Counted from the first letter of the stretch, positions 17,505-27,716 are shown. The stretch is 64,000 nucleotides of DNA from Brevundimonas sp. (GCF_051858995.1 NZ_JBHYGN010000014.1:12468-76467); one strand, 5' to 3'. Numbers and translations are program-made. The notes: generated by a model from the letters alone, not told the origin.

Positions 17505-18785
17505 ATGACCACCTTCGCCGATCTGGTTCCGTCGCCCAAAGGCCGCTTTGACGGCATCGAGCGCCCCTACACCCCGGAAGACGTCCTGCGTCTGCGCGGT
17601 TCGGTGCCGATCACCCATACGCTGGCCGAGCGCGGCGCCAACCGGCTGTGGGAACTGCTGCACACCGAGCCGTTCATCAACGCCCTCGGCGCCGTCACCG
17701 GGAACCAGGCCATGCAGATGGTCCGCGCCGGCCTGAAGGCCATCTATCTGTCGGGCTGGCAGGTCGCCGCTGACGCCAACACCGCCGGCGCCATGTATCC
17801 GGACCAGTCGCTGTACCCGGCCAACGCAGCGCCCGAGCTGTGTCGCCGCATCAACCGCACCCTGCAACGTGCCGACCAGATCGAGCACGCCGAGGGCGGC
17901 GCCAAGCGCGACTGGTTCGTGCCCATCGTCGCTGACGCCGAGGCCGGCTTCGGCGGGCCGCTGAACAGCTTCGAGATCATGAAGGCCTTCATCGAGGCGG
18001 GCGCCTCGGGCGTCCACTTCGAAGACCAGCTGGCCTCCGAGAAGAAGTGCGGCCACCTGGGCGGCAAGGTCCTGATCCCGACCCAGGCGCATGAGCGCAA
18101 CCTGATCGCCGCCCGTCTGGCCGCCGACGTCATGGGCACGCCGACCATCACGGTCGCCCGCACGGACGCCGAAAGCGCCCAACTGATCACCTCGGACATC
18201 GACGAGCGCGACCAGCCCTTCATCGACCGCGACAACCGCACGCCGGAAGGCTTCTTCCGCCTGAAGGAAGGGACTGGACTGGAACACTGCATCGCGCGCG
18301 GCCTGAGCTACGCCAGGATCGCCGACGTCCTGTGGTGGGAGACCTCGCACCCCGACCTCGACGACGCCCGCAAATTCGCCGAGGCGATCCAGAAGGAGCA
18401 CCCCGGCAAGCTGATGGCCTACAACTGCTCGCCGTCCTTCAATTGGAAGGCCAAGCTGGACGACGCCACCATCGCCAAGTTCCAGCGCGAGCTGGGGGCC
18501 ATGGGTTACAAGTTCCAGTTCGTGACGCTGGCCGGCTTCCACAGCCTGAACAACGGCATGTTCGAGCTGGCCGACGGCTACCGCGATCGCGGCATGGCGG
18601 CCTATTCCGAGCTTCAACAGCGCGAGTTCGCCAACGAGGCCCGAGGTTACACCGCCACCCGCCACCAGCGCGAGGTCGGCACCGGCTACTTCGATCAGGT
18701 CGCGACCGTCATCTCGAACGGCCAGTCGTCCACCACCGCCCTGAAGGACTCCACCGAAACCGCGCAGTTCGTCGCGGCTGAATAG
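17505..18785 (+). CDS. aceA: Isocitrate lyase
   Basis: [28 protein letters not shown] signature, [11 protein letters not shown]-like, HQREVG. Confidence 0.96.
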   Translation: MTTFADLVPSPKGRFDGIERPYTPEDVLRLRGSVPITHTLAERGANRLWELLHTEPFINALGAVTGNQAMQMVRAGLKAIYLSGWQVAADANTAGAMYPDQSLYPANAAPELCRRINRTLQRADQIEHAEGGAKRDWFVPIVADAEAGFGGPLNSFEIMKAFIEAGASGVHFEDQLASEKKCGHLGGKVLIPTQAHERNLIAARLAADVMGTPTITVARTDAESAQLITSDIDERDQPFIDRDNRTPEGFFRLKEGTGLEHCIARGLSYARIADVLWWETSHPDLDDARKFAEAIQKEHPGKLMAYNCSPSFNWKAKLDDATIAKFQRELGAMGYKFQFVTLAGFHSLNNGMFELADGYRDRGMAAYSELQQREFANEARGYTATRHQREVGTGYFDQVATVISNGQSSTTALKDSTETAQFVAAE

Positions 18786-18800
18786 ACAAGGAGAGTGAGA

Positions 18801-19010
18801 ATGGAACCGCTGCAAACCACCTCGGCCATCATCGACTTCTGCCTGGCCCCGCTGAACCTCGACAGCCAGACGGAGGCCGAGCGCGAGGTCCGGCGTCGGC
18901 TCGAGCATGTAATCAAGACGTTCCGGGCCAAGGCGACCCAGCCGGTTAGCGTCGACTTCTCGTCCATGCCGTCACAGGTGATCAACGAAGCCGCCCACGG
19001 CTACGAATAG
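18801..19010 (+). CDS. Small protein of the SMc00767-like acetate metabolism repressor family
   Basis: 69 aa directly after aceA with AAGGAGAG RBS; position and size match the small aceA-linked regulator of rhizobia. Confidence 0.6.
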   Translation: MEPLQTTSAIIDFCLAPLNLDSQTEAEREVRRRLEHVIKTFRAKATQPVSVDFSSMPSQVINEAAHGYE

Positions 19011-19047
19011 TCCCTCGGGAGGATAAGGAAGCGGTCGCCGTCTGGGA

Positions 19048-21333
19048 TCAGGCGGCGATCGCGGCCTGAGCGGCGCGGGGCAGGGAAATGACCAGCTCCA
19101 GCAGCTCGCCCGCGTCGAAGGGCTTGGCCAGGTGACGGTCGGCGCCCGCCGCCTCCGCAGAGGCGATGTGCTCGGGCAGGGCGTTGGCGGTCAGCATTAC
19201 GATCGGCGTGCGCTGCAGGCCCATGGCCAGTTCGTGCGTCCGGATCTCGCGGGTCGCGGTCAGCCCGTCCATGACCGGCATCTGCATATCCATCAGGATC
19301 AGGTCGTAGTCGCCGTCGCGCACGGCGTTCAGGGCCAGGGCGCCGTCCTCGACCGAGGTCAGGTCGATCTCGGCCTGGGCCAGGATCATCTCCACCACCT
19401 TGCGGTTCACCGGATGGTCGTCGGCCAGCAGGACGCGCAGGCGACGGTCGTCGCCCGCGGCCAGGGCCGAGTCCGCGCTGGTAACGGCGGCGGGCGCCTC
19501 GGCCAGGTGCAGCGGGATGGTCAGCATGAAGCAGGAGCCGCCGCCGGGCTCGCTCTCGCAGTCCAGCTCCCCGCCCATCATCTCGGCGAGCTGACGCGAG
19601 ATGGACAGACCCAGCCCCGAACCGCCGAACTTGCGGGTGATCCCGCCGTCCGCCTGCTCGAACCGGCTGAACAGGCGGTTGCGCGTGTCGCTGTCGAAGC
19701 CGATGCCGGTGTCGTCAATGGAGAATCGCAGGGTCGGCTGACCCTTGCGCATCGGGCCGGGCAGGGCGGTCAGGCAGACGAAGCCCTGCTCGGTGAACTT
19801 GACCGAGTTGGAGACGAGGTTGGTCAGGATCTGCTTCAGGCGCACGACGTCGCCCTGGATCCAGCGGTCGACCTCGGGGGCGATCTCGACGAAGAACTGC
19901 AGACCCTTCTCGCGGGCCGAGGTTTCGTACAACTGGGCGGCTTCGCGGACGGCGCGGCCCAGGTCGAAGGCTTCCTCGTTCAGCTCCAGACGCCCGGATT
20001 CGACGCGGGCCAGATCGAGGATGTCGCTCAGCAGGACCTGAAGGGTGCGGCTGGAGGACTGGATCAGGTCCAGCATTTCCTTCTGCTGACCCGACAGGTC
20101 GGTGTTGGCCAGAGCCTGGGCCACGCCGATGACGCCGTTCAGGGGCGTGCGGATCTCGTGGCTCATATTGGCCAGGAACTGGCTCTTGGCGCCGTTGGCG
20201 GCCTCGGCGGCGTCGCGGGCCTCGGCCAGCACACGGGCCTGATGCTTCAACTCGGTGATGTCGGTGCAAATGGTGACGATGCCGCCCGCCACGGTGCGGC
20301 GGTCCGAGACGCGCAGCCAGCGGTCGCCGCTGATGTGCTGCTCCATCGTGGTCGACAGGGCGGCGCGGGTGACCATGCGCTCGTTGATCCACGCCTCCTC
20401 GCGGCCGATGGCGTCGGCGTAGAGGCCGCCGTCCAGCCCGATCTGGATGACCTCGCGGAAGGTCATGCCCTTCTGCAGGGTGCTCTCCAGGCCCGGATTC
20501 ACCAGGGCGTAGCGGGTGTTCCACAGCATCAGCCGGTCTTCGGCGTCGTAGAAGGCCAGGCCGTCGGGCAGGGCCTCGATGGCCTGACGCAGCTGGCCCA
20601 GGGCGCTGGCGCGGGACAGCCACCACATCCAGATGGCCGCGCCGGCGATGATGCTGATGCCCAGCACCATGGCGGAAATGACGGCGATCATCACGCCGCC
20701 GGACAGGGACCAGACGGTGCTCTCGACGGCGGTTTGCGGCTCCAGCGTCATCGCGCTCATGGCGCCGAAATGCAGGATGACGACCGCGAGAGCCCCCGAG
20801 GCGCCCGAGATGAACCGGCGCCAGCCGGCGCGGCCGTAGAGGAAGGCGGACGTCAGGGAGGCCAGCAGGACAGCGGTCAGCACCGACAGGGCGACCAGCC
20901 TCGGGTCCCAGACGATCAGGCCCGGCAGCTCCATCGCCGCCACGCCGAGGAAGTGCATGGCGCCGACGCCCGAGATGGCCAGGGCGGCGCCGAGGCCGCG
21001 ATAGACCGGCGAGGGGCGGTACAGGGCCGTCATGGAGGCCAGGCCGATGCTGGCGAAGGCCATGAAGAAGGATGCGATGGTCGACCAGACGGCGTAGCGG
21101 ACCTCGGCGCCCGCGTCGTAGCCCTGCATGGCCAGGAAGTGGGTCGAGAAGACCGCCAGACCACCGGTGAAGGCGGCCAGAAGCATCGTATTGCGACGGC
21201 GTGCGCCGATGGCGGCGCGGGCGCGGCCCAGCAACTGGTACGCGGTGCCCACGCCAAAGACGCAGATCACACCGGCGGCCAGCGTCCAGCGCCAGTCATG
21301 CTGGAATGCGATGCAATACAGTATGCGGTCCAA
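19048..21333 (-). CDS. MHYT-PAS hybrid sensor histidine kinase/response regulator
   Basis: TM region with THF/MHF/LHF motifs, PAS-like domain, H-box SHEIRTPLNG, G boxes, receiver LILMDMQMP. Confidence 0.88.
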   Translation of the reverse strand: MDRILYCIAFQHDWRWTLAAGVICVFGVGTAYQLLGRARAAIGARRRNTMLLAAFTGGLAVFSTHFLAMQGYDAGAEVRYAVWSTIASFFMAFASIGLASMTALYRPSPVYRGLGAALAISGVGAMHFLGVAAMELPGLIVWDPRLVALSVLTAVLLASLTSAFLYGRAGWRRFISGASGALAVVILHFGAMSAMTLEPQTAVESTVWSLSGGVMIAVISAMVLGISIIAGAAIWMWWLSRASALGQLRQAIEALPDGLAFYDAEDRLMLWNTRYALVNPGLESTLQKGMTFREVIQIGLDGGLYADAIGREEAWINERMVTRAALSTTMEQHISGDRWLRVSDRRTVAGGIVTICTDITELKHQARVLAEARDAAEAANGAKSQFLANMSHEIRTPLNGVIGVAQALANTDLSGQQKEMLDLIQSSSRTLQVLLSDILDLARVESGRLELNEEAFDLGRAVREAAQLYETSAREKGLQFFVEIAPEVDRWIQGDVVRLKQILTNLVSNSVKFTEQGFVCLTALPGPMRKGQPTLRFSIDDTGIGFDSDTRNRLFSRFEQADGGITRKFGGSGLGLSISRQLAEMMGGELDCESEPGGGSCFMLTIPLHLAEAPAAVTSADSALAAGDDRRLRVLLADDHPVNRKVVEMILAQAEIDLTSVEDGALALNAVRDGDYDLILMDMQMPVMDGLTATREIRTHELAMGLQRTPIVMLTANALPEHIASAEAAGADRHLAKPFDAGELLELVISLPRAAQAAIAA

Positions 21334-21408
21334 GACGCCCCCCTTCGAACCGCACTATCCCGGAAAGGGGTGAAGAAAGCGTGGGCATATGTACGCTAAC
21401 CGAAAGGA

Positions 21409-22023
21409 TCAGCCCGCGTCGGCGACCGCCATCGCGAACTCGTGGCCCATAACCTTTACGGGATTGACCTGCCGGTCGCCGCGGCGGACCTCGAAATGCA
21501 GGTGGGGGCCGGTCGAACGGCCTGTGGAGCCGACAAGGCCGATGCGCTGGCCGCTGGTCACGGCGTCGCCGCTGGCGACGTCGATGCGGCTGAGGTGGCC
21601 GTAGAGGCTGCTCATGCCGTTGGGATGCTGGACCTCGATGAAGCGGCCATAGCCGCCGGCGTCGTAGCCGGTGCGCAGGACGCGCCCCTCGGCGGCGACG
21701 CGGACGCCGGTGCCGGTGGGAGCGGCGATGTCGACGCCATCATGGTGGCGGGCGGCGCTGCCGGGCAGGCGGCGCATGCCGAAGGCCGAGTTGACCCCGT
21801 AGCCGCGCACGGGCTCCTGGAAGGTGATCATGCGCATGACCGGACCGGCGGCGGTGGCCACGGCGGTGACGGGCGGGGCTTCCGGCACGGCGAAGCCTTC
21901 GTCGGTGGCGGCGGCGGGCGTCAGCGGGGCGGCGGCCATGGCGAGGATGGCCACGGCGCCGAGGACGGCGGCCTGGCCGGAATGGAGGAGGAACGACCGG
22001 GCGGTCGGCAACAGGCGTCGCAT
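21409..22023 (-). CDS. M23 family metallopeptidase
   Basis: HDGVD (HxxxD) and HLHFE (HxH) motifs; signal-like N-terminus from ATG 22023. Confidence 0.85.
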   Translation of the reverse strand: MRRLLPTARSFLLHSGQAAVLGAVAILAMAAAPLTPAAATDEGFAVPEAPPVTAVATAAGPVMRMITFQEPVRGYGVNSAFGMRRLPGSAARHHDGVDIAAPTGTGVRVAAEGRVLRTGYDAGGYGRFIEVQHPNGMSSLYGHLSRIDVASGDAVTSGQRIGLVGSTGRSTGPHLHFEVRRGDRQVNPVKVMGHEFAMAVADAG

Positions 22024-22192
22024 GGGCGGCGTCGGCTCCGTCTTCGGCTCGGGAGAGCGGGAGTGAGGGCGCGGCGGCAGCGCCGCATCCAGGGCGCGAC
22101 CGGGCTCCGCGCCTCGGGAAGACGGGCTGATAGGGGCAGGGCGGGGCGACTTTGGGGCGCCGGGGGCGGCAGGACGTCGCAGGGCGGCAACG

Positions 22193-22228
22193 AAAAGGGG
22201 CGCGCGGCCTTGGCAGGCCACGCGCCCC
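22193..22228 (-). terminator. Intrinsic terminator of the autotransporter esterase
   Basis: 13-bp stem with one mismatch followed by TTTT on the minus strand. Confidence 0.7.
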
Positions 22229-22250
22229 GGTAGTCGGTCTGGCGAAGTCC

Positions 22251-24071
22251 CTACTGCAGCGAGATGCTGTAGGTCAGCGCGCCCACGTGGCTGTCGGCAT
22301 GGTCGCCGAAGCGGCCGCGGTAACCGAAGGTCAGCTTGCCGGGGCCCATGTCGGCCTCGACCCCGGCCGATGCCAGGATGGAGCCGCCGAACGGGTCCTC
22401 GATCTCGCGCTCGAGGATCTGGGCCGGGTTGCCCAGGATGCCGACGCGAACGCCGTCGCTGCTGTCGGCGAAGCTGTCGCGGTAGCCGCCCTCGACGAAG
22501 AAGTTCATGCCGTCGCCGCCGCCCTCGGCCCGCAGGGTGATTTCGGCGCTGGCCGATTGCACGGTGCGGTCCTGATAGGCGTACTGGGCGGCGATGCCCT
22601 GCTCGTTGTAGCCGTCGACGTCGGTCGTCCCCCAGGCGATGGCGGCGCGAGGCGAAAGGGCGATGCCGCCCATGTCGAACCACAGACCGCCCTGGACCCG
22701 GGCGCCGATGCTGCCGCCGCTGGTGTCGCCGGTGTGGATGACCGGGGCGAGCGCGGTCTGGCGGGTGATGTCGTCATACTTGTCGACCCCGCCGCCGGCG
22801 GCGGCGCCGAGGAACATGTTGCCCGAACGCCAGCCGACCCAAGCGTCGACGGCGTAGGTCTGGACGTCGAGCTTCATGGCGCCCGCCTCGACGTCGGCGG
22901 TGCGGAAGGTCCCGGAGACGCCGAAGCGCAGGCTGTCCGAGATGACGTGATCCAGACCGACGCGTCCGCCCCAGCCGGTGGCCTTGGACGAGGCGACGGC
23001 GCCGCGTGCGTCACTCTCGACGCTGTCGGCGAGGACGCCGAACGTCATGTGGGTGCCGGGCTCCCACGCACCGCGCCCGGCGAAGGTCTCGGTGGCGAGG
23101 TCGAGCAGGTCCTCGCGCTGGCGGAAGGCGGTTTCGCCCTGCACCGTCGCCTGGGCGCCGAGGTCGCCATAGTAGAGGTAGTCGTTGGCCAGCTGGGCGA
23201 TCATGCGGTGACCGGCCGCCGTCGGGTGGACGCCGTCCCAGTACAGATAGCCGTCCGGGTTGGAGCAGACGGTGACCCCATTGAAGCAGGACTGGGTGAC
23301 GTTGGTCAGGCCGAAGCGGGCCGGGTTGGCCGCGAGCGGGTCGCTGATCTTGTACAGGTCCATAAGGATGATGTTGGTGTTCGGCTGGCCCGCCGCGGTG
23401 GTCATCAGCCGGCTGAGCAGGGCGCTGTTGAACTGCTGGCCCGAGAAGTCGGCGAGGGCGGCGGCGTTGGCGCCGAGGGCCGAGAACTGGGGCGTGATGC
23501 CCAGCCGCGGCAGGTTGGAGACGAGGATTGTCCCGGCGCCGCGGGTGGCGATGTCGTTGACGATGAAGTTCACGTCGGTGGCGGCGGCGTTGATGACCGT
23601 CTGCATGGCGCCGGTCGGGTTGGCCGAGGCGGCGGCGGTCGGGAAGGCCTGGAAGATGTTGTTGGCGCCGCCCAGGACGCTGACGAGGTCATTGCGCCCG
23701 AAGGTGCCGCCCGCGCCGGTGTAGGCGGCCAGCTGGTTGCGCATGCCCGGAGGGCTGAGCGCGGTGTCCGTGCGGGCGCCCCCGAAGGCGTAGTTGATGC
23801 TGCCCGTCACCGGTGCGCCGGCGGCGAAGCGACCGGCGTTGAAGCCCAGCAGTTCGGTGAACACCGGCCCGTTGGAGAAGCGGCCCTGGAAGTAGGGCGG
23901 CGAGGTGGGGGTGGCGCCCCCGCTGGCGGCGTAGAGGTTGCCGTTGTCGCTGAGGCTGTCGCCGAAGACGACAAGGCGGTTGTAGGTCTGGGCGCTGGCC
24001 GTCGAGGCGATGGCCCCCATGGCGGCGACCGTCAACGCAGCGGCGGCCGCGTTACGCAGAAAACGAGACAT
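22251..24071 (-). CDS. GDSL lipase/esterase autotransporter (EstA-like)
   Basis: Signal peptide, FGDSLSD, GGA, GANN, DGVHPT, then a beta-barrel domain; GGAGG RBS before ATG 24071. Confidence 0.88.
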   Translation of the reverse strand: MSRFLRNAAAAALTVAAMGAIASTASAQTYNRLVVFGDSLSDNGNLYAASGGATPTSPPYFQGRFSNGPVFTELLGFNAGRFAAGAPVTGSINYAFGGARTDTALSPPGMRNQLAAYTGAGGTFGRNDLVSVLGGANNIFQAFPTAAASANPTGAMQTVINAAATDVNFIVNDIATRGAGTILVSNLPRLGITPQFSALGANAAALADFSGQQFNSALLSRLMTTAAGQPNTNIILMDLYKISDPLAANPARFGLTNVTQSCFNGVTVCSNPDGYLYWDGVHPTAAGHRMIAQLANDYLYYGDLGAQATVQGETAFRQREDLLDLATETFAGRGAWEPGTHMTFGVLADSVESDARGAVASSKATGWGGRVGLDHVISDSLRFGVSGTFRTADVEAGAMKLDVQTYAVDAWVGWRSGNMFLGAAAGGGVDKYDDITRQTALAPVIHTGDTSGGSIGARVQGGLWFDMGGIALSPRAAIAWGTTDVDGYNEQGIAAQYAYQDRTVQSASAEITLRAEGGGDGMNFFVEGGYRDSFADSSDGVRVGILGNPAQILEREIEDPFGGSILASAGVEADMGPGKLTFGYRGRFGDHADSHVGALTYSISLQ

Positions 24072-24173
24072 CGATGTTCCTCCCATCGGTCGTCATGGTG
24101 CGACCGTTAACCGCACTGTGCGCTCGTTTCGCGCGTACGCAAGATGCCCCGAGGGAAGCTTTCTCCTCTGTTT

Positions 24174-26063
24174 TCAGTAGAGCATGCGGAAACGCAGCGT
24201 CCCGGCCACGCCCCGCAGGGTTTGCACCGCGTCCGGATCATAGTTCCGGTCGACGTCGGTGATGACGTAGCCGGTCCTTTCGTCCGTCTTCAGATGTTGT
24301 CCGAGGATGTTCAGACCGGCCTCGGCGACGGCGCGGTTCAGGTCGGCGAGCACGCCCGGCTGATTCCGGTGGATGTGCAGGATGCGGTGGGCGCCCGAGA
24401 CCTCGGCCAGCTGCACATTCGGCAGGTTGACGCAGAAGGTGGTGTCGCCCCGGTTGAGGTAGGCCAGCAGGCGTTCGGCGGCGAACTCGCCGATGGCTTC
24501 CTGGGCCTCTTCGGTGGAGCCGCCGATGTGGGGCGTCAGGATGACGTTCTTCAGGCCCCGCAGGGGGCTGTCGAACGGGTCGGCGTTGGTGGCGGGCTCC
24601 TCGGGGAAGACGTCCACCGCCGCGCCGCCGATGCGGCCCGAGCCCAGCGCCTGCGCCAACGCGCCGACATCGACGATGTGGCCGCGCGACAGGTTCAGCA
24701 GCAGGGCGCCGGGTTTCATCTTCGCGAACTGGGCGGCGCCGATGACATTGGCGTTGTCGCCGCGTCCATCGACATGGAGGGTGACCACGTCGCTTTCGGC
24801 CAGCAGGGCGTCGAGCGAGGACATGCGGCGGGCGTTGCCCAGCGCCAGCCGCTCGGTCAGGTCGTGGAAGATGACCCGCATGCCCAGCCCCTCGGCCAGC
24901 ACCGACAGCTGGCTGCCGATGGCGCCGTAGCCGACGATGCCGAGGGTCTTGCCGCGCAGCTCGCGCGAGCCGGTGGCCGACTTGTTCCATTCGCCCCGGT
25001 GCATGGCGGCGGACTTGTCCGGCACGTCGCGCATCAGGTTGATCATCACGCCGACGGCCAACTCCACGACGGAACGGGTGTTGGAGTAGGGGGCGTTGAA
25101 GACGGCGACGCCGTGGTCGGAGGCGGCGGCGAGGTCGATCTGGTTGGTGCCGATGCAGAAGGCGGCGACGGCCATCAGGCGGTCGGCGGCGGCCAGAACC
25201 CGCTCGGTGACCATGGTCTTGGAACGGATGCCGAGGACGTGGACGCCCTTGATCCGCTCGATCAGCTCGTCCTCGCCGAGCGCGCCCTTGGCGGTCTCGA
25301 CGGTGTAGCCCGCGTCCTCCAGCCGCTCGACGGCGGCGGGGTGGATGTTCTCCAGCAGCAGGATGCGCATGCGGCTGCGAGGGTAGGACCAGCGACCGGT
25401 CTCGCCCTCGGCGTGGAGCAGTTCGTCGATGGAATGGGCCTCGGCGTCGGCGGCGGCGACCACGGTGGGGCGGCGGACGATCTCGGTGAAGGCGTAGAAG
25501 CGGTCGGCGGCGCCGGCCAGCTTGACCTCGGCGTCGTTCCAGCCGTCGCCGACCATGACCACGGGCGAGGGCAGGTTCAGGGCCTTGATGACCACGGGCT
25601 TGCCGCCCTCGTGCGACAGGGGATTGGCGTCGTCGACGCCGGTGACGCGGCCGTCGGCGTCATAGATCAGGTCGTTGCACAGGACCCGGTCGGGGGCGAC
25701 GCCGAGGCGTTCGGCGACCGGGGCGATGATCTCGCGGAAGCCGCCGGACAGGATGACGACGCGGTGGGCGTTGGCCTTGAAGAAGGCGAGGTTCTTGCGG
25801 ACCGAGGGCGTGCCCTCGTCGAGGATGCGGTCGGCCAGGGCCTGCACATGGGCATGTGTGAGGGGCAGCAGGGCCAGACGGCGACGCAGGGCCTCGCCGA
25901 ACGGCAGGTCTCCGGCCATGGCCTGATCGGTCAGGGCGGCGATCTCGGCCCGGACGGCGGCGGCGTCCGGCGAGCCTTCCAGCGCGATGTCGGCCAGGGC
26001 CTCGAGCGTCTCCACGCGGACGAGGGTCGAATCGAAGTCGAAAACATAGGTCGCGTCAGCCAT
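24174..26063 (-). CDS. serA: HAD phosphoserine phosphatase-like domain fused to D-3-phosphoglycerate dehydrogenase (with ACT domain)
   Basis: N-terminal FDFDSTL, ILSGGF, VGDGWND; then GIRSKT, VGYGAIG, LTPHIGGSTEEAQ and ACT HRNQPGVL. Confidence 0.88.
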   Translation of the reverse strand: MADATYVFDFDSTLVRVETLEALADIALEGSPDAAAVRAEIAALTDQAMAGDLPFGEALRRRLALLPLTHAHVQALADRILDEGTPSVRKNLAFFKANAHRVVILSGGFREIIAPVAERLGVAPDRVLCNDLIYDADGRVTGVDDANPLSHEGGKPVVIKALNLPSPVVMVGDGWNDAEVKLAGAADRFYAFTEIVRRPTVVAAADAEAHSIDELLHAEGETGRWSYPRSRMRILLLENIHPAAVERLEDAGYTVETAKGALGEDELIERIKGVHVLGIRSKTMVTERVLAAADRLMAVAAFCIGTNQIDLAAASDHGVAVFNAPYSNTRSVVELAVGVMINLMRDVPDKSAAMHRGEWNKSATGSRELRGKTLGIVGYGAIGSQLSVLAEGLGMRVIFHDLTERLALGNARRMSSLDALLAESDVVTLHVDGRGDNANVIGAAQFAKMKPGALLLNLSRGHIVDVGALAQALGSGRIGGAAVDVFPEEPATNADPFDSPLRGLKNVILTPHIGGSTEEAQEAIGEFAAERLLAYLNRGDTTFCVNLPNVQLAEVSGAHRILHIHRNQPGVLADLNRAVAEAGLNILGQHLKTDERTGYVITDVDRNYDPDAVQTLRGVAGTLRFRMLY

Positions 26064-26309
26064 GTCAGGACCTTGGCTCACCTTCGCAGTTGCAGCAACG
26101 GACGGGAGGGCTGTTGGCGAAAAACAGGGTGTGAACAGTGTAATTGGTGCAGATCGTCCACTTTGGAGAGACGGTCAAAATACACCGTCTAAACCGTCTA
26201 TCCCGTCTATCGCCCCCAACGAAAACGCCGGTCGCTCCGCGAGGAACGACCGGCGATCAGTCTAACAGCCCGATGCGTCAAGATTGGACGTAGGGGGGAG
26301 TTGGGCGCC

Positions 26310-27716
26310 TCAGAACCGTCCGATGTTGCGAAGGCGGCTGTCGGGGCGGCGGGCGTCGAGGGCGGCGGCGCCGATGGCGGCGGCGACGGTGGCCAGGGCC
26401 AGGAGGGCGCCGCCCTCCTTGGCGTGGGTCCTGGCGTAGTCACCGGCGTCCTCGGCGTAGCGGCGGGCCGCCTTGCCGTGCTTCTTCAGGGCCTTGCGCG
26501 AGGATTTCTCGGTCTTCTTCCACCAGCGCGAGCCACGATCGCGGGCGTCGTCGGTGAGGTCATGGGCGCGCTCGCCCGCCTCGCTGAGGCTGTGGCGGAC
26601 GGTTTCAGCGAGATCCTCGAAGCGGCCGCGCAGGCCGTCAGTATCAACCCATCCGCGCGGGTTGAGGCGACCGCGCAGGGCCTGGTAGCGGGTGGGGCCG
26701 GTGCGCTGGTTCAACAGCAGGGTGGCGAGGCCGACGCCGGCCAGCACCGCGACGACGCCGGTGGCGATGCCGGGGTGTTTGCGGACTTCGGCGAGGGCGG
26801 AGAACTGGCGAACCATCGGATAGTGAACCTCTTCATCGAGGCCGTCTTCGGTCGGGTCGTAGAGCCCGTCGTCGTCCGGCGCATAGGCGGAACCCTTGTC
26901 CCGCATCAGTGAAGGAGCGAACTTGGCCAGAAGAGGTTCCGCCACGCCGGGCAGGGCGTTGTAGAGGCTGGCGATCAGACGCCCGCCGCCGCCGACGGTG
27001 ATTTCGCGGATCGGATGGGCGGCGCAATACAGGATGGTGTCCGCGGCCACCCGCGTCGCATAGACCGGCTGGGGGTTATGGACGGCGTAGCCGGTCAGAT
27101 TGCGGGCGTGCTTGCTGTAAGGGGTGTCGAGGGCGGCGGGCTTGACCAGCGACAGGCTGATCGGGGCGTTGTCGCGCATGATCTCCATGCGCAGGGCGTT
27201 GGTGAAGCCCTTCACCGCGTGCTTGGAGGCCGAATAGACACCCTGCACCGGCAGGGGCGCGTCAGACAGGATGGAGCCGACGTTGATGATGGCCCCGCCC
27301 CACGGACGGTCGCGCAGGCGCTCGGCGGCGACGAGAGAGCCGTTCACCACGCCCCAGTAGTTGGTCTCGAACAGACGGCGCTGGTCGGCCAGGGTGGTGT
27401 CGCGGATCGGACCGAAGATCGAGACGCCGGCATTGTTGATCCAGGTGTCGAAGCCGCCGAACAGGCGCTGGCATTTGTCGGCGGCCTCGATCAGGGCGTC
27501 ATGGTCGGCGACATCGGCCACGGCCCAGGCGGCGCGGGCGCCGGTGGCCTGAAGCTCCTCGCAGAGGGCCTGGAGGTCCTTCTGGCCGCGGGCGATGAGG
27601 AAGACGTGCGCCCCGGCCTTGGCCGCGCGCCGCGCCACCGCCAGACCGATTCCCGAGGTGGCGCCGGTGATGACGATCACCTGCTTGTTCAGGGGCTTGA
27701 GGTGGGCTCTGGACAT
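26310..27716 (-). CDS. SDR family oxidoreductase with a long C-terminal membrane/amphipathic extension
   Basis: TGATSGIG, NNAG, YSASK; extra ~140 aa containing two hydrophobic segments. Confidence 0.85.
   Translation of the reverse strand: MSRAHLKPLNKQVIVITGATSGIGLAVARRAAKAGAHVFLIARGQKDLQALCEELQATGARAAWAVADVADHDALIEAADKCQRLFGGFDTWINNAGVSIFGPIRDTTLADQRRLFETNYWGVVNGSLVAAERLRDRPWGGAIINVGSILSDAPLPVQGVYSASKHAVKGFTNALRMEIMRDNAPISLSLVKPAALDTPYSKHARNLTGYAVHNPQPVYATRVAADTILYCAAHPIREITVGGGGRLIASLYNALPGVAEPLLAKFAPSLMRDKGSAYAPDDDGLYDPTEDGLDEEVHYPMVRQFSALAEVRKHPGIATGVVAVLAGVGLATLLLNQRTGPTRYQALRGRLNPRGWVDTDGLRGRFEDLAETVRHSLSEAGERAHDLTDDARDRGSRWWKKTEKSSRKALKKHGKAARRYAEDAGDYARTHAKEGGALLALATVAAAIGAAALDARRPDSRLRNIGRF

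Noticed and set aside
19132-26192. Long plus-strand ORFs 19132..21399, 22152..24110 and 24144..26192
   Set aside because: Shadows of the hybrid kinase, autotransporter and serA fusion
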